Below, piece by piece: positions 30,926 through 41,121 of a stretch of 64,000 bases of DNA. Position 1 is the first letter of the stretch. The number at the start of each line of letters is the position of its first letter. Source of the DNA: an uncultured Bacteroidales bacterium (GTDB taxonomy: Bacteria > Bacteroidota > Bacteroidia > Bacteroidales > Bacteroidaceae). Under the pieces are notes generated by a model that had not been told where the DNA came from, made no database searches, and saw only the letters and a list, made by a program, of their open reading frames with translations. The position numbers and the translations under genes were made by a program. The stretch covers positions 363 through 64,362 of the forward strand of contig CACYBB010000018.1 in the NCBI GenBank assembly GCA_902772585.1, given 5' to 3'.

Positions 30926-33340
30926 TTATTTTATCACGACCTTCCTGCCGTTTCGGATATAAAGACCCTTGGTAGGATGAGTTACCTTGTTACCCTTCAG
31001 GTCGTAGAATTGGTCATTGGCCATTAACTGGCTATTGGCAATTTCTTCGATGCCAGAACCAATGCCGACGATGGGATTGATGGTGAGGGAGCCATCGGGC
31101 ATCTGCAGGGTCAGCTCACTGCCCTGAACCTCCTTGTTGACGCTTCCAGTGACCTTCCAACCAGAGACCATCTTGCCCTCTTCATTGGCAGTGGCACTGA
31201 GTGTGATGGTGCGATTCTTGAAATATTTACCATCGAACACATTGTTAGACAGTTTGATGTCGTTGAAGGTAATCTCCACATCACTCTTGTTGGTCTTGTT
31301 GATGGTCAGCGCTCTGGGCGTACCCAGATTCCATTGATTGCTGATGTGTTTATAGAAGTTCTCAGGACGACCTTCTGCCCAACTCTTGGCGTTGTTGAAC
31401 TTGTTCTCGATGTCGCCACGATTGTCTGCTGGCCACCAGCCCCAACCGGGATTGTACTTGTCGCGGTGGGCTACGAATTCCTCCATAGCTTCCTCTTTGA
31501 TGAGGTCGATGGTCTCGCCAGTGCCTTTGCCGTTCATGAAGTCACCCATGAAGATGCAGCACTTGTCGATGAACATATTCCTCAGGTCTTCGTTCTCCAG
31601 CATGTTCTTGATGAGTCGTGTGGCAGGTTCCGTGAATGCCCAGTTGTCACCACTATGACTGCTGGGGTTGTAGAGCAGGTCGATGGTGTTATAGCTGTTC
31701 TGACGACCATAGAGACCCAGTCCGAAGTCGGTATCCTTCACGATGAAGCGGAATTTCTTGGGCAGGCCGGATTCTGTATTGTCATCGTTCGGACGCCACA
31801 GTACGAAATTGTTGCCAGGGAAGTCGATATTACCATAGAACAGGTTCATTGCCATGATGCTCAGATACTCGTTGACGTCCATCCACTCTTCGTATTCAGC
31901 CTTGGTGTGGCCCTTCTCGCTATAGAATGCCTTGAAGGCCTCGTAGAAATCGCCGGTACCTTCCTTTATTTCCTCAATAAATTTATCGACACCATTCACC
32001 TGTTCATGGCTGATTTCCACCATGTCAACATCCTCCAGACCATTATAGTTGCTATAGACATTGTCTGCGTTCGAACGCTCGCGGATGTTCAGCATACCCA
32101 TGTATTCGCCATTCAGATAGAGTACGGCAGTACGGCAGGCCTGCCAGTCCATGTCGGTATGACTGGCCATGGTGCGCTGGATAATGGCATCGCGGAAGTA
32201 CAGGTCACCGAAGTCGTTACCACCATCGCGCAGGGAGAAAGACTTGAACTTTGTCACGCCAGGTTTCTGGTCGGGGAAGAACTCATAGACAAACTGCTTG
32301 TGGTCAGGGTCGAAGCGCTTGTTGGCATAGAGTGCCAGCGACTTCAGGGCATTGCCTCGCGACTGACCACCCTGGATGCGGAACTCACCCAACAGGTTGA
32401 AGGCACTCTCTTCGCCTGCTACAGGGAAGAACTCGATGTTCATCGGACGACGCCAGTCGTGGGTCTTCTTATCTTCCTTACTGTTGTTGTTGGCGAAAAG
32501 ACCTATCTCAGTATCGTTCAGGTATTTGTCGTTGGTCTGGATGGAGAAGATGGGGTTCGTCATCTCTCTTGGGTGGAAGATGTATGACTGTGCTGAGCTC
32601 ATGGGCGACAGCCAGCCGTCGCAGAATACCTTGGCACGAATGGCTGTTGTCTTGGAGATGCTGATGGCACTTGTGTACTTCGTGCTGGTGGCCGTGGGTT
32701 CGCTACCGTCCTTGGTGTAGCGGATGATGGCACCTTCAGGAGCTCCTTCTGGCAGACTCAGTTCCAGTTTGATGGTAGCGCTGCTGGTAGTGACATGTCC
32801 CTGCTCACTGAATACAGGGGTTCCGAGAATGTGCTTAGCATCACAGATGTCACCAGTATTAGCCTTGCCTGGTGTTGATGTCAGCTGATAGCCCCACTCG
32901 TCAGCACCATCGGTCTTACGTCCATAGGCCACATCGGGAGCAGGCATCTTGGCCATTTTCTCCAGCTTGTCAACAACGTTGTCCCCCTTAAAAAGATAGA
33001 GGTTTCCGTCCTTGCCAGACTCCAGACGGAAGTTGGTGTGCAGGTCTTTCTCTTCCTTGTCACAGTAGATGATGGCATAACCCTTGGCAGGTACTACCTG
33101 ATTGGGCAATTGCCAAGCTTTAGCGGCCTTGTTCTTGTTGCTGATTTTGTAATCCTTCAGATTGATGGCGGCATCTGTGGGGTTGTAGAGCTCTACCCAA
33201 GAGTCGGGAAACTCCTTGATATCGTCCATGATGCACTCCACGTTCGACTGCATCAGTTCGTTGATTACTAAGTCCTGCGCCTGTGTGTTCAAAGCAGTGG
33301 CCAGGATGGTTAAGATTAAGTAAAAACGTTTCATCTTCAT
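30926..33340 (-). CDS. CotH kinase family protein (LTD, FN3/chitobiase-like, CotH, T9SS-type tail)
   Basis: INELMQSN..DSWVELYN, LYLNGEYMG, DFPGNN and KDTDFGLG motifs. Confidence 0.88.
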   Translation of the reverse strand: MKMKRFYLILTILATALNTQAQDLVINELMQSNVECIMDDIKEFPDSWVELYNPTDAAINLKDYKISNKNKAAKAWQLPNQVVPAKGYAIIYCDKEEKDLHTNFRLESGKDGNLYLFKGDNVVDKLEKMAKMPAPDVAYGRKTDGADEWGYQLTSTPGKANTGDICDAKHILGTPVFSEQGHVTTSSATIKLELSLPEGAPEGAIIRYTKDGSEPTATSTKYTSAISISKTTAIRAKVFCDGWLSPMSSAQSYIFHPREMTNPIFSIQTNDKYLNDTEIGLFANNNSKEDKKTHDWRRPMNIEFFPVAGEESAFNLLGEFRIQGGQSRGNALKSLALYANKRFDPDHKQFVYEFFPDQKPGVTKFKSFSLRDGGNDFGDLYFRDAIIQRTMASHTDMDWQACRTAVLYLNGEYMGMLNIRERSNADNVYSNYNGLEDVDMVEISHEQVNGVDKFIEEIKEGTGDFYEAFKAFYSEKGHTKAEYEEWMDVNEYLSIMAMNLFYGNIDFPGNNFVLWRPNDDNTESGLPKKFRFIVKDTDFGLGLYGRQNSYNTIDLLYNPSSHSGDNWAFTEPATRLIKNMLENEDLRNMFIDKCCIFMGDFMNGKGTGETIDLIKEEAMEEFVAHRDKYNPGWGWWPADNRGDIENKFNNAKSWAEGRPENFYKHISNQWNLGTPRALTINKTNKSDVEITFNDIKLSNNVFDGKYFKNRTITLSATANEEGKMVSGWKVTGSVNKEVQGSELTLQMPDGSLTINPIVGIGSGIEEIANSQLMANDQFYDLKGNKVTHPTKGLYIRNGRKVVIK

Positions 33341-33377
33341 GTTAGTTAGTCGGCTTCATCCGAAGCGTTTATTGTTG

Positions 33378-35732
33378 TTATTTAATGATTATCTTCTTTC
33401 CGTTCTGAATGTATATCCTGCCAGACTGAGGACTCGTCACCTTATTACCCATCAGGTCGTATAATTGGTCATTGGCTTTTGGCTGTCGGCTATTGGCAAA
33501 CTCGTTGATGCCAGAGGCATCCTCGAAGATTGGCTCTATGGCAATATTGCCGTTCGGCATTTGCAAGGTTATCTCATTGCCCTGCACCTCTTTTGATTGT
33601 GCTCCAGTAATTTTCCAGCCGGTAACCTCGTTGTCCTCTGTGCCTTGGGCGCTGATGGTCAGTGTCTTGCCAGCATAGTATTTGCCATCGAACACCTTAT
33701 TACATAGTGTAATGCCGTTGACGGTTATCTTGATGTCGCTCTCCTTCTGCTTGTTGATGGTCAGCGCTCTGGGTGTTCCCCAGTTGTAGTAGTCTGCCAG
33801 CTGCTTATAGACGTTGTCGGTACGCTTGTTCAGCCATTTGCGGGCTGTACTAAGTTCATTGTCATAGTTGGGCCACCAGCGATTGACGAGTTCACGATGG
33901 TAGGGATACTCGGTCTTAATCATGTTGTACATCGCGTCCCACACTTCGCGCGTACCTTTTTCATTCAGGAAGTCGCCCATATAGATGGCTGCCCTGCTTA
34001 GGAACTCGGTTTTGAAGTCGATATCCTCCATCAGATGACGGAACAGAATGGTGTGCTCAGGCTTGTTGGCCCAGTTCCTGTCATAGTCATACTTGTTGTC
34101 GTAGAGCCATTTGATGGTGTTGTAGTCTGCTGCCGAACCATAGAGTCCCAGTCCGAAGTCGGTATCCTTGGTTATCCAGCGCCACTTGCCACCCTCAGCC
34201 TGCGGACGCCAGATGACATTGTTGTTGCCTGGGAAGTCCTGGTTGTTGAAGTAGATATTCTCTATCATCAGGTTGATATACTCCTCCCAGTCCATCCACT
34301 CAGCATATTCTGCCAGCGTGTGTCCTGATTCATTATAGAAAGCCTTGAAGGCATTGAAGTTGTCTATTGTGCCCTCTTTTAACTCTTCGTCGTTCTCAAT
34401 CATGTCGATATCTTCCAACCCTTCATAGTTGGTGTAGATATTATCCTCGTTCGAACGCTCGCGAATGTTCAGCATTCCCGTGTACTCACCATTGATATAG
34501 ACGATGACGGGTCGCCAGGCCTGCCAGTCCAGATCCACATGCTGTGCCATCGTGCGCTGAATGATGGCGTCACGCATGAAGAGGTAGTCGAAGTCGTTGC
34601 CGGCATTGCGCAGCATGATGCTCTTGAAGTCCGTCATGCCAGGCTTCTGGTCAGGGAAGAACTCGTAGTTGAGGCGCTTCTCGCCAAAACGCTTATGAGC
34701 ATAGATACCTAGCGACTTCCTCATATTTCCGCGTGTGGCACCACCCGTCACGCGCATCTCACCTAACTGGTTGATGACGCTCTCCTGGTCCGATGTCTCA
34801 AAGATCTCAATGTTCATTGGGCGTCGCCAGTTGTATTCGTAATTCTTCTGCTTGCTGTTGTAGCTGCCGTCCACATAGATGCCTATCTTCGCATCGTTCA
34901 GATATTTGTTGTCTGTCATGATGCTCACTACCGACAACGTCAGCTTGCGGTTTGAGGGGAAGAAAATGTACGAGTGGCAAGTAGAACGGGGCGACAGGTA
35001 ACCCTCGCAGAACAGCTTGGCACGAACAATCTTGGTGCTGTTAAAGAAGAGAGCACTAGTATATTCCTGACTGTTCTCCGTAGGCTCGCTGCCATCGAGC
35101 GTATAGCGAATCTTTGTACCTTCAGGAGCACCCTCGGGCAGCGACAGCGTCAGTCGGGTGTTACTGCCTGAGGCAATTTTTACGCGACCTTTCGTGCTGA
35201 AGACGGGCTCGCCCAGTACTTTCTGATAGACGGTACCGCAGTTGCTGGCACCAGGTGTCGGTCTGGCCTGATAGCCCCACTCGTCAGCGCCGTCGCTTTT
35301 GCGTCCGTAGGCAATGTTGGGAGCGGGCTGCTTGGCCATGCCCTCCAACTGGTCCACGATATCGCTCCCCTTAAACAGATAGAGCTTGCCGTCCTTGTCC
35401 GACTCCAGACGGAAATTTGTGTGCAGGGCTGATACGCCCTCATCCTCACCGGCCTTGTCGCAATAGATGACCACATAGCCCTTGGCAGCAATGGTTTTGT
35501 TGGGCAACGACCATGCTTTGTTGGCCTTGTCCTTAGTACCTATCTTGTAGTTCTTCAGATTGATAGATGCATCTGTGGGATTATACAGTTCTACCCATGA
35601 ATCGGGAAAGTCGTTCAGGTCGTCCATGATACAGTCAATATTCGACTGCATCAGCTCATTGATAATCAAAGTCTGAGCTTGGGTGCTGACGGCTGTTGCC
35701 AATATAGTTAATAATAGGTAGAAACGTTTCAT
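33378..35732 (-). CDS. CotH kinase family protein, paralog
   Basis: Same architecture and motifs as 30926-33340. Confidence 0.88.
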   Translation of the reverse strand: MKRFYLLLTILATAVSTQAQTLIINELMQSNIDCIMDDLNDFPDSWVELYNPTDASINLKNYKIGTKDKANKAWSLPNKTIAAKGYVVIYCDKAGEDEGVSALHTNFRLESDKDGKLYLFKGSDIVDQLEGMAKQPAPNIAYGRKSDGADEWGYQARPTPGASNCGTVYQKVLGEPVFSTKGRVKIASGSNTRLTLSLPEGAPEGTKIRYTLDGSEPTENSQEYTSALFFNSTKIVRAKLFCEGYLSPRSTCHSYIFFPSNRKLTLSVVSIMTDNKYLNDAKIGIYVDGSYNSKQKNYEYNWRRPMNIEIFETSDQESVINQLGEMRVTGGATRGNMRKSLGIYAHKRFGEKRLNYEFFPDQKPGMTDFKSIMLRNAGNDFDYLFMRDAIIQRTMAQHVDLDWQAWRPVIVYINGEYTGMLNIRERSNEDNIYTNYEGLEDIDMIENDEELKEGTIDNFNAFKAFYNESGHTLAEYAEWMDWEEYINLMIENIYFNNQDFPGNNNVIWRPQAEGGKWRWITKDTDFGLGLYGSAADYNTIKWLYDNKYDYDRNWANKPEHTILFRHLMEDIDFKTEFLSRAAIYMGDFLNEKGTREVWDAMYNMIKTEYPYHRELVNRWWPNYDNELSTARKWLNKRTDNVYKQLADYYNWGTPRALTINKQKESDIKITVNGITLCNKVFDGKYYAGKTLTISAQGTEDNEVTGWKITGAQSKEVQGNEITLQMPNGNIAIEPIFEDASGINEFANSRQPKANDQLYDLMGNKVTSPQSGRIYIQNGKKIIIK

Positions 35733-35892
35733 TCCGTGTCAGTTAGTCGTGCTTCAGGGAAGCAAAGTTGGTTATCGGGCGCAAAGTTACGAATAAGTTT
35801 TCAAAAAAACAAGTGTTTTTTCTACAAATTAAATGTTTTTTGTTTTGTTTTTCGCATTCTTCTTTGTAACTTTGTAGCCCAAAACGAGGCTT

Positions 35893-36660
35893 ATGAGACA
35901 AGCAATGATTCTGGCCGCAGGGCTTGGCACCCGTTTAAAGCCCCTCACCGACACAATGCCAAAGGCATTAGTGCCTGTTAGTGGACGGCCTTTGCTCGAC
36001 ATCAACATCCGACGGTTGATGGAACAGGGTTACGATCGTTTCGTCGTGAATATCCACCATTTCGCACAACAAATCATCGATTTCGTCAAGGAACAGGACT
36101 ATGCGCCGCTGGTACATTTCAGCGACGAGACGGACCAGTTGCTGGAGACGGGTGGGGGACTGAAGAAGGCCCAGGGGTTGTTTCGTGACGACCAGCCCAT
36201 CCTCATCCACAATGTCGATATCCTCGACAATGTCAACTACGACTGGTTTGCCCGTCAGCACCAGCCTGATGAGGATGCCGTGTTGTTGGTCAGCCAGCGC
36301 AAGACCAAGCGCTACCTCCTGTTCGACAATGCCATGCACCTGATGGGTTGGAAAAACATCGAGACAGGCGAAATCAAGTCGCCCTACGAGTATGTGCGTC
36401 GTACTGGTCTGTCGCAACATGGTGAAGAACTGAATATGTTTGCCTTCTCTGGCATCCATAGTTTCTCCCCTCGTCTGTTCCCTCTCATGGAGCGCTTCCC
36501 CGAGCGTTTCCCCATCATCGACTTCTACCTCTCCGTCTGCCATCGTGCACCCATCGTTGGTCTCGTCAAACCAGACCTTCAACTCATGGATGTTGGCAAA
36601 CTTGACACACTCCACGAAGCCGATGCCTTTTTTGAAACGAATTGCCCTAATAAACCATAA
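35893..36660 (+). CDS. MurU-like nucleotidyltransferase
   Basis: MILAAGLGTRLKPLT..PKAL, LETGGGL and HNVD motifs. Confidence 0.88.
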   Translation: MRQAMILAAGLGTRLKPLTDTMPKALVPVSGRPLLDINIRRLMEQGYDRFVVNIHHFAQQIIDFVKEQDYAPLVHFSDETDQLLETGGGLKKAQGLFRDDQPILIHNVDILDNVNYDWFARQHQPDEDAVLLVSQRKTKRYLLFDNAMHLMGWKNIETGEIKSPYEYVRRTGLSQHGEELNMFAFSGIHSFSPRLFPLMERFPERFPIIDFYLSVCHRAPIVGLVKPDLQLMDVGKLDTLHEADAFFETNCPNKP

Positions 36661-36750
36661 TTTGGTCATAATAAATATTACGGATTAATTACGAATAATT
36701 ACGAAAATTCGTTTCCAAGAAAAAACAACAATATCATTTATTTCAAGTAT

Positions 36751-38295
36751 ATGCAAAAGATTATCATTTTAGATTTCGGTTCTCAGACCACGCAACTCAT
36801 TGGTCGTCGTGTGCGTGAACTGGACACCTTCTGTGAGATTTTGCCTTACAACAAGTACCCCAAGGACGACGATGCCGACGTCATTGGTGTCATCCTCAGT
36901 GGTTCGCCCTATTCGGTCCACGACCCCGAGGCGTTTAAGGTTGATCTCTCGCAGTTTGTTGGCAAGGTGCCTGTCCTGGGCATCTGCTATGGTGCACAGT
37001 TCATCTCCCACACCCTGGGTGGCAAGGTCGAGAAAGCCGACTCGCGTGAGTATGGTCGCGCCAACCTGGAGACAGTTGACACTACCAATCCGCTGTTCGA
37101 AGGCTTCGACCAGCATTCGCAGGTCTGGATGTCGCATGGTGACACCATCACCGCCATTCCTAGCGACTTCAAGGTGATTGGTTCTACAGCTGATGTTACC
37201 AACGCAGCCTTTGCTTCTACCAAACAACCCATTTGGGCCGTTCAGTTCCATCCTGAGGTGTACCATTCATTGCAGGGTAAGCAGTTGCTTAAGAACTTCG
37301 TGGTCAACATCTGTGGAAGCAAGCAGGAGTGGAGTGCTGCCTCGTTTGTCGATACTACCGTCGCTGAGCTGAAAGAGCAGTTGGGCAACGACCGCGTCAT
37401 CCTCGGACTCTCGGGCGGTGTTGACAGTTCTGTTGCTGCCGTACTGCTCAACAAGGCCATCGGCAATCGCCTGACCTGTATCTTCGTCGACCACGGTATG
37501 CTGCGTAAGAACGAGTTCCAGCAGGTCATGGACGACTACAAGGTGCTGGGCTTGAACGTCATTGGCGTCGATGCCAGCGAGAAGTTCTTTGCCGACCTTG
37601 CTGGCGTTACCGAACCTGAACAGAAGCGTAAGATTATTGGTCGCGACTTCGTCGAAGTGTTCAATGCTGAGGCCAAGAAGATTACCGATGCCAAGTGGCT
37701 CGCTCAGGGTACCATCTATCCCGATCGCATCGAGTCGCTGAATATCACCGGTAAGGTCATCAAGAGTCACCACAACGTGGGCGGTCTGCCTAAGGAGATG
37801 CACCTGCAGCTCTGCGAACCCCTGAAGTGGCTGTTCAAGGACGAGGTACGTCGCGTAGGCCGTCAGCTGGAGATGCCCGAACACCTCATCACCCGTCACC
37901 CCTTCCCCGGTCCGGGCCTTGCTGTCCGCATTTTGGGCGACATCACCCGCGAGAAGGTGCGTATCCTGCAGGATGCCGACGACATCTACATCCGTGGACT
38001 CCGCGAATATGTCGATACCGATGGTGAGACATTATATAATAAGGTGTGGCAGGCTGGCGCCATCCTCCTCTCTACCGTTCGTTCGGTAGGTGTCATGGGC
38101 GACGAGCGCACCTACGAGAATCCTGTTGCCCTGCGTGCTGTCACCTCTACCGACGCCATGACTGCCGACTGGGCTCATTTGCCCTACGACTTCTTGGCGA
38201 AGGTCTCTAACGAGATCATCAACAAGGTTCGTGGTGTCAACCGCGTCTGCTACGACATCTCGTCAAAACCACCAGCAACCATCGAGTGGGAATGA
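36751..38295 (+). CDS. guaA: GMP synthase (glutamine-hydrolysing)
   Basis: GICYG, QFHPEV, SGGVDS and KPPATIEWE motifs. Confidence 0.99.
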   Translation: MQKIIILDFGSQTTQLIGRRVRELDTFCEILPYNKYPKDDDADVIGVILSGSPYSVHDPEAFKVDLSQFVGKVPVLGICYGAQFISHTLGGKVEKADSREYGRANLETVDTTNPLFEGFDQHSQVWMSHGDTITAIPSDFKVIGSTADVTNAAFASTKQPIWAVQFHPEVYHSLQGKQLLKNFVVNICGSKQEWSAASFVDTTVAELKEQLGNDRVILGLSGGVDSSVAAVLLNKAIGNRLTCIFVDHGMLRKNEFQQVMDDYKVLGLNVIGVDASEKFFADLAGVTEPEQKRKIIGRDFVEVFNAEAKKITDAKWLAQGTIYPDRIESLNITGKVIKSHHNVGGLPKEMHLQLCEPLKWLFKDEVRRVGRQLEMPEHLITRHPFPGPGLAVRILGDITREKVRILQDADDIYIRGLREYVDTDGETLYNKVWQAGAILLSTVRSVGVMGDERTYENPVALRAVTSTDAMTADWAHLPYDFLAKVSNEIINKVRGVNRVCYDISSKPPATIEWE

Positions 38296-38373
38296 CCTAA
38301 CCTTTACGTTTTTATATTAAACAATGCGTCACTTTCTCTGTTTTTTTTAGGTCAGGGAAAGTGACGTTGCTTT
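38174..38373 (+). repeat. Direct repeat, left copy (guaA 3' end plus terminator)
   Basis: About 200 bp, near-identical to 39905-40103. Confidence 0.95.
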
Positions 38374-38390
38374 ATGGATGGAAAAGGTTC

Positions 38391-38498
38391 TCATACGACC
38401 GGCAGGTTGCGCATGAACTCATACTTCTCACGCTGCTGGGCGTTGATGATGTTCAGCGCACAGATGGCGCAGACAAACAAGCAAATTCTTTTCATCAT
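38391..38498 (-). pseudogene. Truncated 5' fragment of a secreted protein gene
   Basis: MMKRICLFVCAICALNIINAQQREKYEFMRNLPVV*: signal peptide, then a stop about 20 nt from the repeat boundary. Confidence 0.55.
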
Positions 38499-38502
38499 TC
38501 CT

Positions 38503-39798
38503 CTATTTGATTTGTTTCTTCAGCCAAAGCATTTGGTTATAGTTTGTTTCGTTGGAAGTCCAATGTTCATTCACTGGGGTAATCAGCGACTCTTTGGGAG
38601 CTGTGATGAGGTTCCACACGATGTAGCTCGTGGTAGGCGGGCAAACATCGTCGTTGTAGCCCCACGTCAGATAGACGGGACAGGTAATGCGGCGGGCAAA
38701 ATTCACGACATCATAATACTGCAGCGTCTCTACTTTCTGGGGCGTTAGCATCTTGTGCATGCGGTTCATGTGTGGCCAGCCGCCGGCACGCCCATCCAAA
38801 TAGCCTGCCACATCGCTCAAGGCTGGATGATTGGCGACACAGGCCGTCACACGACGATCGAGGGCTGCCGTTATCAGCGAGAGTGCTCCACCTTGACTGC
38901 CACCTTGTACGAAGACATTCTTACCGTCCCACTCTGGCAGTGAGCAGAGATAGTCAAGTGCCCGCACACAACCCGTATAAACGTGTTTCATATAGTAGTT
39001 GTCTCTGTCGTCGAGCGCATTCTCTACATAGCCGTTCTCACCAGAGAAGGCCGTAGAGATTTCCTGGAACTGCTCGTCGGTCATCTCGGGATTCAGACCA
39101 TGGATTTCCATCTCAAGTCGGATGAAACCGTTTTTCGCATAGTGGGTCTGGCGCATGGGTTCCTTGATGGTCTTGATGCCAGCACCTGGCGGACAGAGCA
39201 CCACAGGGCATTTACCGTTGGCCTTCGGCTTTGTTAGGTAGCCATAGACGCTGTGATGGCTGTCGGTCTTGATTTTCAATAGGTAGCAGTCGAAGTTATC
39301 GGTGGAATATTTGTCCACCTTTCTGCAACTGACAGCGACTGGCGTCTTTCTTGCTTCCTCTAAATTTGCCCTCCAGAAAGTGTCGAAATCAGCTGGATTC
39401 TTTGTGTAAGGCTTTAACAGTTCAGGGGAAAAGCCAACCTTTACATGGTGACGATATTTTGTGTCACCAATGCTGGCTGTCAGTCTCAAGTCGAGAAAAC
39501 CAGGCTGCGTCATGGTTCCCATATCTATCACGGCACGCCCATTTTTCAGTTTTACACTGCCTTTTGCTGTGGCAGGCATCTCGTCAGGGCCAATTTCGTA
39601 AACTACCTCTGCATCCTGAGGGATGCCATACTTACAGAAGGTAACTTCGACCTTCGCCTTCTCACCGACCTTATAAAGCCAGTCAGCATGATTAGGAATT
39701 GTCAGCCATAGGTAGTCGCTGCGATACGGATAGTTTTCTACAGCCAAGGCAAGCAACGCACTCCAGGCCATACCAATTAATAGGATAAATTTCTTCAT
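38503..39798 (-). CDS. Acetyl xylan esterase (CE7/AXE1 family)
   Basis: PADFDTFW, GGSQGG nucleophile motif, DDVCPP and EH motifs; signal peptide from ATG 39798. Confidence 0.9.
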   Translation of the reverse strand: MKKFILLIGMAWSALLALAVENYPYRSDYLWLTIPNHADWLYKVGEKAKVEVTFCKYGIPQDAEVVYEIGPDEMPATAKGSVKLKNGRAVIDMGTMTQPGFLDLRLTASIGDTKYRHHVKVGFSPELLKPYTKNPADFDTFWRANLEEARKTPVAVSCRKVDKYSTDNFDCYLLKIKTDSHHSVYGYLTKPKANGKCPVVLCPPGAGIKTIKEPMRQTHYAKNGFIRLEMEIHGLNPEMTDEQFQEISTAFSGENGYVENALDDRDNYYMKHVYTGCVRALDYLCSLPEWDGKNVFVQGGSQGGALSLITAALDRRVTACVANHPALSDVAGYLDGRAGGWPHMNRMHKMLTPQKVETLQYYDVVNFARRITCPVYLTWGYNDDVCPPTTSYIVWNLITAPKESLITPVNEHWTSNETNYNQMLWLKKQIK

Positions 39799-39904
39799 GT
39801 TCGCGTAGTTTGTTGCAAAGATACAATGTATTCTTCTTTTCTCCAATTTTTTTAAGGATTTTATACTAATCAATGGGATTCCAACCATCTATTCCCCCCA
39901 AAAC

Positions 39905-40103
39905 CTCATCTGCCCTACGACTTCCTGGCGAAGGTCTCTAACGAGATCATCAACAAGGTTCGTGGTGTCAACCGCGTCTGCTACGACATCTCGTCTAAAC
40001 CACCAGCAACCATCGAGTGGGAATGACCTAACCTTTACGTTTTTATATTAAACAATGCGTCACTTTCTCTGATTTTTCAGATCAGGGAAAGTGACGTTGC
40101 TTT
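39905..40103 (+). repeat. Direct repeat, right copy (orphan guaA 3' fragment plus terminator)
   Basis: Encodes [18 protein letters not shown]; three synonymous differences from the left copy. Confidence 0.95.
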
Positions 40104-40112
40104 TTTTGCTCC

Positions 40113-40151
40113 TTTTTCTTCGTTTTGTACAAAATAATCAGTAACTTTGCA
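40113..40151 (+). promoter_or_regulatory. Promoter (TAACTTTG -7 box), duplicated at 41054-41092
   Basis: 37/39 identical to 41054-41092. Confidence 0.8.
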
Positions 40152-40157
40152 TTTCGT

Positions 40158-40787
40158 ATGGATTTAACTATATTTGAAGAAAACGAAATTGCATTTGAGG
40201 CCTTTGACGAAGAGGACGGCTCTGTGCTGATGGCAGAGGAGAGTCCTTGGAGAGGTTTTGCAATTGAACTGCAGGCCTTGCACTATCTGAAAGGCGCTCG
40301 GTTTATTGATCAACTAAAACTTATTATCAACTCTGGAGAATTTTTCCCTATTGAGGGCGAGACGGGAATTTATAGTGCCATCAGCAACCAAAGTGACGAC
40401 TACGACAACCTGATTAAGGCTGCGCGCAAGGCCGTAGAGCATGGTTATCGTGTATATCTGCTGCCCAATCCTAAAGGTATTCGCACCGCTGACTTCATAT
40501 TTGTGCGTAAAAGAGTTTTGAAACTATTCGACTTAAAGACCATCACTGGCAAAAACTCTGTGGGCAATCGACTTGCAGAGTCTATTGGCCAGACAGAGAG
40601 AGTGCTTCTCAATATGCAGACGGACTATAATATCCGACGTCTGACACTGGAAATTAAACGCTATTTTGAAATGTCTGCCGCTGTACAAGAAGTGTTGATT
40701 TACAGTGGTGGCAAGGAGATTTCCATCAAGCGAAACATTGCAAGCAGCAAAGGATTTTTGAAAATGATGATGAATAGTTTCAGATAA
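40158..40787 (+). CDS. Putative PD-(D/E)XK nuclease (CdiA-CT-like toxin domain)
   Basis: TADFIF..LFDLKT motif; no signal peptide. Confidence 0.55.
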   Translation: MDLTIFEENEIAFEAFDEEDGSVLMAEESPWRGFAIELQALHYLKGARFIDQLKLIINSGEFFPIEGETGIYSAISNQSDDYDNLIKAARKAVEHGYRVYLLPNPKGIRTADFIFVRKRVLKLFDLKTITGKNSVGNRLAESIGQTERVLLNMQTDYNIRRLTLEIKRYFEMSAAVQEVLIYSGGKEISIKRNIASSKGFLKMMMNSFR

Positions 40788-40890
40788 AATCAAAGCCGCA
40801 CATTGATGTACGGCTTTATAAATTGGGTAGTGACGTATGCGGCTTGCCCTCTCAGGAAACTTACCCGGATAGCCAGAACATACATTCTGA
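40788..40890 (-). ncRNA. Putative ~100-nt sRNA convergent with the nuclease gene
   Basis: Minus-strand TATCTTTG (40896-40903) and TTTG (40924-40927); ends at hairpin 40792-40817. Confidence 0.5.
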
Positions 40891-41121
40891 CGATGCAAAG
40901 ATAGGAAGTATTTTTGTAAATTCCAAATTTTTGAGTGGAAATCTTCGTTTTGTGCAGAAATTCGGAATTGCACCACCTTTTTACTGAGGCATCTCGTAGC
41001 TATATCCTAGCTATATCGTTGGTATATCCAAGCCATATCCAAACTTTTTTTCATTTTTCTTTGTTTTGTGCAAAATAATCAGTAACTTTGCAAATATTAC
41101 TAATAGCAGAGCGATACCCTA

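Noticed and set aside
31334-32587. 417-aa ORF antisense to CotH and similar long antisense ORFs
   Set aside because: Shadow frames of well-supported genes on the opposite strand.
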